Source: Magallana gigas
Lineage: Eukaryota
Assembly (NCBI RefSeq): GCF_963853765.1
Contig: NC_088857.1
Span: forward strand, 7,998,001 to 8,062,000
Reading direction: 5' to 3'
DNA length: 64,000 nt
Shown here: piece after piece, positions 53,500 to 64,000 of the stretch
Layout of the letters: the number at the start of each line of letters is the position of its first letter
How positions within the stretch are numbered: the stretch's first letter is position 1
Made by a program: the position numbers and the translations under genes
Notes under the pieces: model-generated
Told to the model about the DNA's origin: nothing
Seen by the model: the letters and a program-made list of their open reading frames with translations, nothing else
The model's database searches: none

Positions 53500-54328
53500 G
53501 GACTTTGTCCGAGCATCAATCAATGTGTTCAACCCCATTCCACGTCATTTTCAATGAATTTGATATAATCATTATTTTCATTTTACTTTCTCTGAATTGT
53601 CCGAATGACATTATTTATCCCGACTTTTGAGCCTTTGCTAGAGGTGATCAATGTATTAACAATGCAATTTATTTATTGTGATATTTATTGCTTTTGCAAC
53701 GATGCCATATTTTGTATATACATAACCTTGTTACTAATACACAATTCGAGTTGTTTAATTTTTTTTTTTTTTTGTTCACAAGACTTAAATTTTTACATAA
53801 ATGAATAATTAAATAAAATAAAAAAATGTGCATTTCATCTGTGATTTTTGTGCATTATTACAAATATTTGTGGGTACATGAATTTCAATTTAGGATTTAG
53901 GTATTTAAGATACATTTACTAACCTCAATGCAGCAATGAATTCAGTTCTGCAACTCAGCTGCATGCCCTTGTGAACGAGCAATTAGCTGTTTGACAAGAA
54001 AATGACTGATATTTTAATTAATGATATTGCGAAAAGCATATATTGCAAAGGTATACCCCCCCCCCCCCAATGTTGTTTCAACTTAATAATAACAGCTAGC
54101 CAAATTTTTGCAACGAAATACCCATGCACGTAATGTAGTGTTCTACATAAGCAAATATATGCGATAATAAATGAACAGGATTAGACACGGTAATAATTGA
54201 TATCAGATTGTATAATGTAACTTTAGTACAAAGTTTGAATATCTTTCGTATGTTCAGAAGGAAATTAGAGTAAGATCTTTGGTTATTATTAAACTGTTAT
54301 GCGAGGGTACATTCCTACCATATCGTAC

Positions 54329-54990
54329 AACACTGTGCCGGATAATTATGCCAGTGACAAGGTGGCATTTTTACACCCGCTTAAGACAACATTTTCGAAA
54401 GTTTCGGAAAACTCTATATATACCAAATGATAGACCATTGTCTACAGTGTGTAAATCTACTTTTGTTTTTAGTGTATTTTACCTGAAAGGTGAGATATTT
54501 ACATTAAAAATTAATCTCCCATAGGAAAATAATAATTCCCATAGGATAAATGAATCACATACAGGAAAAATTGGCAATCCTATAGGATTCTATTAAAATC
54601 CTTTAGGAATAGGAGAAAGGTATTTCCTGTAGGAATTTGATTCAGACAGGTAGGTTTCCCATAGGAATTAAGATTTTCTATCGGACCTTAGCAAATCCTA
54701 CCGGAAATTAAATTTCTATAGGAAGTTAAAAATTCTTGTATTCCAATTGGAGATTTCAAATTTCCAATAGGAATATCGTTTTTTTATGTGAAACATTATT
54801 TTCCTGTCGAAATTCAATTTTGACAGGTATTTATCTCATTGACAGGTGAGATACAATGATAATAAAGGTGGTTTATAAACTCTTTAAGCAATGGTCTATC
54901 TTATGCCATAATAGAATTTTTCAATACATGCAGCTCAGAAGGATGCAAAAATGACACCTTGGCACTGGCATAATTATCCGGCACAGTGTT
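54329..54990. mobile_element. ~660-bp TIR element with internal CCTATAGG-type repeats
   Basis: ~45-bp TIRs AACACTGTGCCGGATAATTATGCCAGTG(A/C)CAAGGTG(G/T)CATTTTT. Interior at about 54520-54780 repeats CC(C/T)ATAGG variants. Confidence 0.85.
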
Positions 54991-55587
54991 TTACGTTGTA
55001 TGGGCCATGGCGCAATAACCACTATTTTGCAGAATAGTTTAAATAACTTCTAGATATATAAATATTGCTATTATTACTCGGGGCCGTATTTCACAACACC
55101 CTTATATTTTTTTTAAATTGAACGAATCGTTGCTACTTTTGACGCGTAGTAAATGAAAATCATCAACATTTAAACTGAGATGGCAAGAAGAAATACGAGG
55201 TTCAAAGTAAAACGTAGCAATTCTAGTAAAAGTTCAACAAGCCTGGGTATTTCATGGCTTTTATGACACACCAACCCCTCTAAAGCATTGAAAATAGAAG
55301 TGTTTTGATTCGAACTGTAATGATCATGTTACCTATAATGTTGTGCTTTTCTGGGATCTGTCGTAAGGGCTTGAGAGGTCGTGGAACACATGGACTATGA
55401 AAAACGCTATTTAATTGGGTGGAAGAAATGGTATGTTTTGCTTTCATTCATTCAATAATATCGTGTTCCATTTTTCAATTTTTGAAATCAGTTTTTTAAC
55501 GAAATATTTGATGAATTGATTTTTTAAATTTTGTTATTTCTAGTATCTATGCCTGAATTGATATTATTACGTACTTATTCGTGATTA

Positions 55588-57412
55588 TCGTATTGTATTG
55601 TTTATTAGTCAACAGCTGCACAGCTCATAGACATATACAATCAATATACACATGTTATAATACATATACTGGTCACTTGAAAAAGGCAAGTTTATACATG
55701 AAGTTTTCTGATTACAAAAGCATTCTTAATATATTTACCTAAATTGCACAAATCCTTTACATTTTGTGTTGACAATAATAGAATTAATTTAAAGACAGAG
55801 GGTTTAATATAATAAAACTTCTTAAGGAATTTTTCTCTTAAGTTACAGTAATAGGGACATTTCAATATAAAATGATATTCATCTTCTATATCTAAGGTAC
55901 ATAGAGGACATAAACGTCTTTGTAATGGAACATTGTTATATCTGCCAGTTTCGATGGTAAGACAATGGGATGATAATCTTAATTTACATATAAGTTTCTC
56001 TGCCCCTTGTGTGCAAGTTATTTTTCTATCAAATATGTCGACATGCAAGATAATTATGTCAACATGCAACATAACTATGTTGACATGCAAGAAATTGCAA
56101 TGAGATATGAATTATACAAAATCTAAAAAAAATCTCAAATATCGCCCATCTGTGACATCCAAGATGCTAGATGCTACCTTTTTATGTCGACATTCAACTT
56201 ATTTATGTTAACATGCAAGATAAATATGCTGACATGCAACTTATTTATATCAACATGCAACTTATTTATGTCGAAATGCAACTTATTTATGTCAACATGC
56301 AACTTACTTATGCCGACATGCGAGATGAATATGTCGACATGCAACTTAGTTATGTTTACATGCGAGATAAATATGTTGACATGCAACTTTTAAGTTGCAT
56401 GTCAACATAACTAAGTTGCATGTTGACATAAATATATTGCATGTCAACATATTTATCTTGCATGTTAACATAACTAAGTTGCATGTTGACATAAATAAGT
56501 TGCATGTCGACATAAATAAGTTGCATGTTAACATAAATAAGTTGCATGTTGACATCAAAAGGTAGCGTATCTAGCATCTTGGATGTCACATGTTGGCGAT
56601 ATTTGAGATTTTTTATAACTCTTATTTGTTTGCAGTTTTCTTGCATGTCAACATAGTTATGTTGCATGTTGACATAACTATCTTGCATGTCAATATATTT
56701 ATCTTGCATGTCGACATAATTAATAGAAAAATAACTTGCACACAAGGGGCAGAGATATGCCACCATAAGTTTCTTATATTGTAAAGGAATTCTTTTTGTT
56801 AGATATGACTGCAAGGTACAATGGTCAACTAAATATCTATAGATTGTACATTTGGAAGAGGCATTTATGTCAGCTAGTAAAGACTGTTTAAAATAATCAA
56901 AAATACGTTGCTTGGCGATCGTTAAAATAATTTCTGGCTTTTCAAAAAATTGGTTTTCCCATAAGTTCATTACCCAATACTTGTTAACATATTCTTGATC
57001 TCTGCAGCCCAGTTTTTACATTTGTTTTTACCTAAAGTTTCATTACACATATTAACATAACATGAATTCAAAATGCAATTTCTTGATGATAAAAGTTTCA
57101 TCCAGTATCTTAAAATACGTATTTTTCTGATACATTGCAGAGGCATTCTGCCCAATTCACAATAAATAACTGCATTAGATGTGCCCCTTTTAACATTAAG
57201 TATGTTTTTACAATAATTAAGATGAATTTTTTCTATATCTGGGGCAGAATGAAAGCCCCAGACTTCACAACCGTAGTAAGCAATGCTTCCTACATAAGTG
57301 TCAAAAAGGGACAAAAGCGTAGTAAAATTAAGACTCATATTACAACATTTGGTGGCACATTTTGTGAAATAACGTCCTTTTAAGATGTGATTAAGCATTT
57401 AATAGTTTGTTA
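55588..57412 (-). mobile_element. 5'-truncated, decayed non-LTR retrotransposon (LINE): ORF2 C-terminal region, split by a foldback insertion
   Basis: Minus-strand peptide YYGCEVWG..IYCELGRMPL..RILRYW..KNW, a frameshift at about 56970, then KKL|ICKLRLSSHCLTIETGRY..RLCPLC..IEDEYHFILKCPYY..LR; stop at 55692. 3' AATAAA followed by a (CAATA)n-like tail near 55590. Confidence 0.88.
55999..56765. mobile_element. Foldback element copy 2 (opposite orientation to copy 1) inserted in the LINE
   Basis: Same TIR, 21-bp repeats and central palindrome (axis at 56390-56391). The left TIR lacks its outer ~12 bp. TAAGTTTC flanks both sides (55991-55998 and 56766-56773). Confidence 0.9.
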
Positions 57413-57439
57413 AAGATATAACTGTTTATTATGGTGTTC

Positions 57440-57640
57440 CCATGGGCAACTTCGACCTTCGCAATTTTGCCTTTAAGGCGAAAATGTGAGATAGCGAGGT
57501 TGCGAGGGCGAAAGTGCGAAGTTGCGAATGCGAAAGAGCGATAGTAAGATATGAAGGTGAGAGTGCAAAGTTGCGAAGCTCCTCCGCTTTTGCATCTTCG
57601 CGCTTCGCCATTGCATCTTCGCACTTTCGCCTTCGCCGTT
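57440..57640. repeat. GC-rich imperfect foldback of GCGAA/TTCGC short repeats
   Basis: GGCGAAAGTGCGAAG pairs with CTTCGCACTTTCGCC. It lies next to the LINE 5' truncation. Confidence 0.6.
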
Positions 57641-58209
57641 TTATGTTTATGGAACTCTCTATAGTTTAAAGATAATTTAAGCTTTATAAATTGACATCTG
57701 AGGCAGATGACAAACTTTCAAAAATTTATTTTCAGTAGCCTGCGCAGATCCATTATTTTCCTTGGAGGGGGCAGGGTTAATTGTATTTGTTGATGGGGAA
57801 GGGGGTTCCGTGGCATATTTTGGTATTTTTACAATGTGAAATTAATAATATTAAATATTCCAGGGGAATGAGCTCCGTACCCCCTCTTCTTTACTGTGTA
57901 GAATTATAATATTGAATTTTCCGGGGGTCCGGACCGATGCATGAAATGATCATTTTTTTTTATCAATTACCGAAACAAAAAATGTTCATCTTAACGATCT
58001 TAAGCTCGTGGAGAGAGTATCATATTTATAGCCTACAATGTGACTTAAGCAGCTGTTCAGTATATATTTATTTCTAACGATTGCAGTTTCAAAAAGTGAG
58101 AAAAAATGGAAAAGGTAATTTTGAAGATTGGGGGTTCGTTTGGTTTTTTTTTTTTCTTCAAAAGAAAAGTATTTTTGTTTTAAAATAAGCGAGCTGTATT
58201 GATACACTA

Positions 58210-58345
58210 NNNNNNNNNNNNNNNNNNNNNNNNNNNNNNNNNNNNNNNNNNNNNNNNNNNNNNNNNNNNNNNNNNNNNNNNNNNNNNNNNNNNNNNNNNN
58301 NNNNNNNNNNNNNNNNNNNNNNNNNNNNNNNNNNNNNNNNNNNNN
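58210..58345. other. Assembly gap (136 N)
   Basis: N run. Confidence 1.
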
Positions 58346-58559
58346 ACACAAAAGGGAATTGCTATATAAATACCTGTAATATGCCGACACTGGTCAACGA
58401 TATAAATGAAATCAATTCACACATTTCAGGAACGTTCCACTCTTTTACCTGACCCCAGAACATCCATTTCGTAATCGCTTATGCCAATTCAAGCGACAGG
58501 GTTGAATGGGTTTCGAATGTCGGTAACTTACAACGAGATTTTTAAATTCTTCCACAACG

Positions 58560-58572
58560 ATGATCACTTGTG
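58560..58572 (+). CDS. Candidate first coding exon (ATG ATC ACT TGT G) of fucosyltransferase paralog B
   Basis: ATG followed by the strong donor GTAAGT at 58573. The phase-1 end fits the acceptor at 60827, giving MITC-E-RGEEQ. Inferred only. Confidence 0.4.
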
Positions 58573-59249
58573 GTAAGTCACACTTTTGCTATTCTTCTTG
58601 GTCTTTGCTGTATCCACGTTTTCATAAAATTGCATAGCCTAACTATGGTCTTAATTTTCTATATCTACGTCCTCATAAATTTGTATAATCTAAGTTAAAT
58701 TTTGGCATTAATATAGTACTTTCGAATTTACTCTTAACCTCCACCACCCACTCCCGTGTTTTCAATAATTTAGTGTTCTGTGGCAACTCTGTTTGTACGT
58801 GTCTTCGTGTTTCTCCGAATTATACATATGTTTGATGAAGTGGTCAATATCCCGACAAGTTAAATTTATCAATGATTCGTCATTGGTGTGTGGTTTAGAA
58901 CCATAGCAAAACTTCTATTTCGAAAGACTGTTTACATATCACTTACGGGAATTCTAATCACTGTATAAAAAGTGCTCATCGATTGAGCTTGATTTGAATC
59001 AGGCTGTATTGCTCTGGGTATACTCTCTTGTGTATGTTTGAAATTGCGAAATCTTCTCGAGAATCATAACCTAACTACTTAAAAAAAAAAAACTGTTTAA
59101 AGAAAAGGGGCGACTCTTTGTTTGATTTAATGTCATAGTTTGCTATACTACTTTTAGTAACCTTGTCCAAACAAACTTGTATTTTTACCAGTCTAATTTG
59201 GAGTGAAATTTTGACAAATTCTTTTTGAAAACATGTTCGTGAAATTTGA

Positions 59250-59430
59250 CTTACTTTGTCAATGTTCAAAAGAATTTATAAATGTACAGTAGCATGTACC
59301 TTTCCCTTTGCAGAAAAATGTTTTTGTCCAAGAGATATTATGAAAACCCAAATATTATAAAATTTAACGAGCTCATGAATACTTTTAATGTAGAAAAACT
59401 AAACACTTGTCAAGATTTATTAAGAAATTT
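59250..59430 (+). mobile_element. Short decayed LINE ORF2 3' fragment
   Basis: RKMFLSKRYYENPNIIKFNELMNT resembles REKFLKKFYYIKPSVFKLILLLST from the LINE at 55692-55990. Confidence 0.5.
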
Positions 59431-59957
59431 ATTAATTTTCTTCCAGAAACCAACTTTAACAACCTACTGTATTGTTAACTTAACCTTTTTTATCATTATT
59501 ACTCCTACTGTACATGTGACATGACAGTTTTTGTGTACATAAGTGTATATACTTATTTTGAAGCTCAAATACCAGTGAACTGGTCTTAAGTGAATAAAGA
59601 AAGAATACAAGACAACAATTCACTTTAATTATAATTGCTTAATTATTTTATTAACTGTGTAATCTGGCCTTTGATTTAATTGACTAACTTATATTGTCGT
59701 TTAACTTTATGACATTTATCACTCTAATTTTCATTCTTTTCAATTTTTGTTCATATATTGTGATAAAAATGATTACCGAGACGGAGGAATTATAGGTTTC
59801 GGATTGTTCGGGTGTAGTTTTAGTCTTCCCAATAATTCCACATACCGACCTAAAATTTAAATAAAATGCCTTTTTTACCATCTAGAGCAGTTTAGTCTTA
59901 TTGTCGCCGGATAATTTATATAGAAACACCTTATTTTGATCTTAGATCTAAGCAGTT

Positions 59958-60040
59958 TAAATTTTTTTACAGCTTGTTGCACTATTGACTCTCGTCATTA
60001 AGACGAGAGTCAATAGTGCAACAAGCTGTAAAAAAATTTA
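59958..60040. repeat. Perfect 39-bp inverted repeat with a 5-nt loop
   Basis: 59958-59996 is the exact reverse complement of 60002-60040; loop ATTAA. Confidence 0.95.
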
Positions 60041-60369
60041 TTCCACTTTATTAACCAGATGAAGCCCAAAAAAGAAAGTTTTTCTTTCAGAATATCGAAT
60101 AAGAAAGAGTATAATTCAATTCTATATATCTCATTATATAAGAAAGCCTACAATGTTCTTGTAATACTGTCATCAACAACACTTGTACTAGTTCGCACTG
60201 AAAATTATGATTGGTAAATTTTCAAAATTAGAAAACATAGGAATCCATGAGAGTTGGAAGCACAATCAAGGCATCTTGCCTGTTCGTGATTGAGAATTGT
60301 TTTACAGTTATTTTACCCTTCCTCTTTTTAAACGCTGCATGGGAAAGAACTGCTTACATTGTAGTTTTA

Positions 60370-60717
60370 CAGGCACGTAGCATCAGGGGGGGGGGGGGGG
60401 GGCTGCAGATTAAGATTTTTCTTAAATTTACATACATTTTTCAAAATGATTGAATGAACATGGAGTTGCCCCCCCCCCCCCCCCCCCCCACACACACACT
60501 TTTATGGGACCATGTAAAAAATTGAAAATAGGGAAATGAACAGTGAAATTGAAGTTAAAGAAATACTTGCCCCGCCCCCCCCCCCCTTTTAAAGATTTTG
60601 GAAAGTAACGTTTTCCTCCTTTTCATTTTACTTGTCAAGATTTTTTTTGGATGAGTCTGCCTCCCCCCCCCCCCCCCCCCCCCCCCCCCGACTTTCAAAA
60701 ACGATGCTACGTGCATG
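60370..60717. mobile_element. 348-bp poly-G/poly-C MITE
   Basis: 15-bp TIR CAGGCACGTAGCATC / GATGCTACGTGCATG with 1 mismatch. Confidence 0.8.
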
Positions 60718-60827
60718 TTTTATGCGTAATTCTAATGAACTATTTAGTTCTATTCGTATGTAATTTCATACGATAAAATCAATTGTAGTATTGCCTACAT
60801 GATTGCCTACATTTCTTTTGTTTGCAG

Positions 60828-63141
60828 AGAGGGGCGAAGAACAAACAGCGAAATGGGCGCTTAACAAAGCGAATGTACTCCACTGTTTCACGCATCGCAA
60901 AAAGTCTCTTATATCTTTAGGCGTGTTCATTATTGTAGTGAATTGCCTTTTAATATCTGAAAATTATCCTTCCTTTTCACTGGTGGTACCAAAGGGCAGC
61001 AACCATCACGTATACTACTTTGACCAAAATCATTACGTGAATAAATCGGAGAAGCGCATTTTACTTTGGACTCGATATTTTTATGACGCCAATTGGGAGC
61101 GGTCTGTGAAGCGGGTTCTGAATGCTCCATGTTCTCACAAATGTTCCGTCACTACAGATAAGAGCACCATAAGAGAAGCTGACGCCATAGTTTTTCATTT
61201 GTTAGACTTATACATTTGGGAGAGGCCACCACAATATCGAGCGCCTCACCAAGTTTGGGTGTTACATAACAACGAACCACCTCCACATCAGTATTATACA
61301 GGAAGAAGTCTCGTTTATTCTCGATTCGCTTTTAATTGGACGTTATCTTATAGACGAGATTCCACGATTCATTGCCCGTACGGGCGATCTTGGAGAAAAG
61401 CGAAGACAGCCGAGGAGAAACCTCGCTATGAAAATTTTGCAGAAGGTAAAACCAAAATGACGTATGGCGTGATCAGTAATTGTGTGGATGATGCTGGAAG
61501 ATATTCGTATGTGAAGAGGTTAAGAGAGCATACGCCACTGGATCTTTACGGAAGATGTGGGAATCTTACCTGTCCAAGGAACGGAAGTTGTGAAGCTTTA
61601 TTGAAACCTTATAGGTTCGCGGTTACTTTTGAAAACAGTAATTGTAAGTATTACACTTCAGAAAAGTTCTGGAATGCTCTCAATAGACGAAATATTCCAT
61701 TGGTGAATTGGATACCAGAACAGGTTCCATTCGATGCTCCTCCCAAGTCTTACATTAATGTTCATGAATATCAAATGGAAGATTTGGCAAAACTTTTAAA
61801 ACGTCTAGCTAACAACGATACCGAGTATAACAGTTATTTTGAATGGAGAAAAAACTACACTGTTATTGCAGATCATTTTGCAGGATTCTGTGATATGTGC
61901 AAAGCTTTACACAACGATTCAGTCCCGGCTCAAGTTGTAGATTACAAAAGCTGGTTAGCAGACGATACTTGCCAAGGCTGGACGGTAAGGCTTTGTTTTT
62001 TGTGATCGGCTTCGGCCGATCACAGTTGTGTCCATATGAGGCATCCGGCAAATTGAACTATTTGCGCACGCATTGCGCCTTGCACTATTTTATTTACTAT
62101 GCAATGACAACTTTATTTAAATTTCTAATTAGACGTAGATTACTAAAACGGTAATCTTATCCGTTAACCCTGAAAATAAAACATTTATAGTGTTTAATAC
62201 ATAATGATTCAAATCACGTTTTTTTTAAGAATATTAGTCGGAAGTATAATTCGCCTACTAAATATAAAGCTCATTCATGCCTTGCCATTTCGGAATTCAA
62301 TAAAACGGCGCCATATATAGTTTACTGCATGTAGCGTATACATGTATTATATAAACAGAGCTGACCAATGATATTTCATGCAGATGGAATACTTGTCTCT
62401 CCCTGTCGCTGTTCACTAACAAGGAGGCTGGATTGTCAACAAATTACAAATGTACCATGCAAATCTATCTGAAATTGAAAATATGACATTTTTGGCCATT
62501 AACTATATTTTAACCCAAAAAAATCAAAACATTTTTTAGAATTTTATTTTGTTTTAAAAACCTGCTAGTATGCTAAGTCTGCATGTAACTTAAACTTTTA
62601 TGATAAATAAGATTTGGAAAAATCATTAATTTCTGTCAGTAGAAAGATTTCTCTTCTAAGGATTATATATAGCAGTTGGATTTTTGTACAGGACGACAAT
62701 AATTCAATTTTGCTTATATTAGGGCTTCTTGACGGCTTTTCCCACAAAATAAGGCTAACAGAAATTTTAAAATCATGATATTTTTTGTCATTTTAGTAGA
62801 ACATAACATTTTCGTAAAAAAAGTTTCTGCATGAAAGTTGCAGCTTATATTGCTTTAAACATTTTTCCTAAAGCTTTATACAATGCTTTTCATCTTAAGA
62901 AGATTAAAATGGTCTCAAAATTGCGGAGACAATTGGAATCCATCTCTCCTATTTCTCCTAACGGCACTTGCATTGTGTCTGGATTTTCAGTTTATAATTG
63001 TAACTTTCCATTTGGATATAATTCTTAAATTAACGCAGCTTGATTATAATTTGTTCTGAATATCATTTCTATTCATGATTTTTTTTTTCTTAACAGCTTA
63101 CAAGCATTATCACCAGAAGAATAAAGAATTATTTCGTCTGA
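60828..63141 (+). CDS. Alpha-1,3/4-fucosyltransferase (GT10 family), paralog B; main exon and terminal exon (start codon upstream)
   Basis: Exons 60828-61984 and 63097-63141. TM SLISLGVFIIVVNCLLI; GT10 motif YRFAVTFENSNCKYYTSEKFWNAL; colinear with paralog A. Donor GTAAGG at 61985; acceptor TAACAG before 63097. Confidence 0.9.
62001..62024 (+). other. Perfect 10-bp stem with a C(TTCG)G tetraloop, 16 nt into the last intron of paralog B
   Basis: TGTGATCGGC TTCG GCCGATCACA. Confidence 0.85.
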
Positions 63142-64000
63142 TGAGAGGAGCTTCATTCCATAATTATATAGAAACACTGAACGATATTTCAATGTAGTAC
63201 GGGGAACAAAGAGGATGTGTTGTGCAATATGCGGGATTGAAGAGGTGTAAGGAATCTGTTCTATTGGCCTTGTATTTGCATTGCAGAAATGTGTTTGCTT
63301 ACGTGATATGATACATGATAGTCCAATTCGTGATTCTCCAAACAAATACAGGTGCTTTAAAAATAATCACCTGACAGAACTTTCATTTCAGGCTGTGTGA
63401 GGGCATGTTGTAGGAATGAATGGAAGGAAGAATTTGAGTGTGATTCAAGCACGTGTCAAAATTATTTGTAAAACGGGCCGAGTGCTACAAGAGAATGTTG
63501 TCAACACGTTTTGAGTGTGATTCAAGCGTGAGTCGAAGTTATTTGTTGTGAAAATGATCGAGTGAAATCATTCTGCTCCGACAAGAGCAATTGTACTCTT
63601 CATAATAAATGAAAATTTGTATTTTGACTCGCAATTTTGTAGTTTTTGGGATGAAAAATGAAGTTAAATAAAACATGGTTAAGATAAAGGTATGAATATT
63701 TTCATCGAAGAGAATATTTCAAGCTCACAGTTTTAGCCAAAATTTGATAAAATCTTTTTGCCCGTTTTTGTGCCAATTTTAGGTATATTTAACCACCGTA
63801 AGTTACAATCGATATTCAGAAATGAGTACTCTTTGTAAAGATAAACTTGACCCGTACCGTTACGCTTTCTGTGAGTTCTTGTGTTAAAGTTGCCTTTACT
63901 TCCTCATCAATTTCCTTCTTGATCTCGCTCTTTATTTCTGACACAATTTTGGTTACGATGTCTTTAATATCTGCGTTTTTCACCGTTGACTCTCGGATTT

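Overview
This is AT-rich eukaryotic genomic DNA with spliceosomal introns and two N-gaps. The repeat landscape suggests a bivalve mollusc such as an oyster, but that is inference. Four protein-coding genes can be assembled by hand on the + strand, with GT-AG sites and consistent reading phase. (1) A 10-exon SLC22/MFS transporter (7669-16342, 549 aa). (2) A 15-exon single-pass cadherin-related protein (23698-32513, about 705 aa): signal peptide, five cadherin-like repeats, Thr-rich stalk, TM helix, Cys-rich juxtamembrane segment and a micro-exon-coded tail. (3,4) A tandem pair of GT10 alpha-1,3/4-fucosyltransferases (51646-53499 and 60828-63141); each has a 45-nt terminal exon that the ORF track misses. 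The rest is mostly repeats: palindrome-containing minisatellites, several MITE families, a SINE, LINE ORF2 fragments, two copies of a fully palindromic foldback element, perfect 39-bp and 46-bp hairpins, and two inverted copies of a ~2.6-kb repeat that bracket the cadherin gene. I see no evidence for a new multi-gene system. The best leads are the hidden fucosyltransferase exons, the inverted repeat pair, the foldback family and the charge signature of the transporter.
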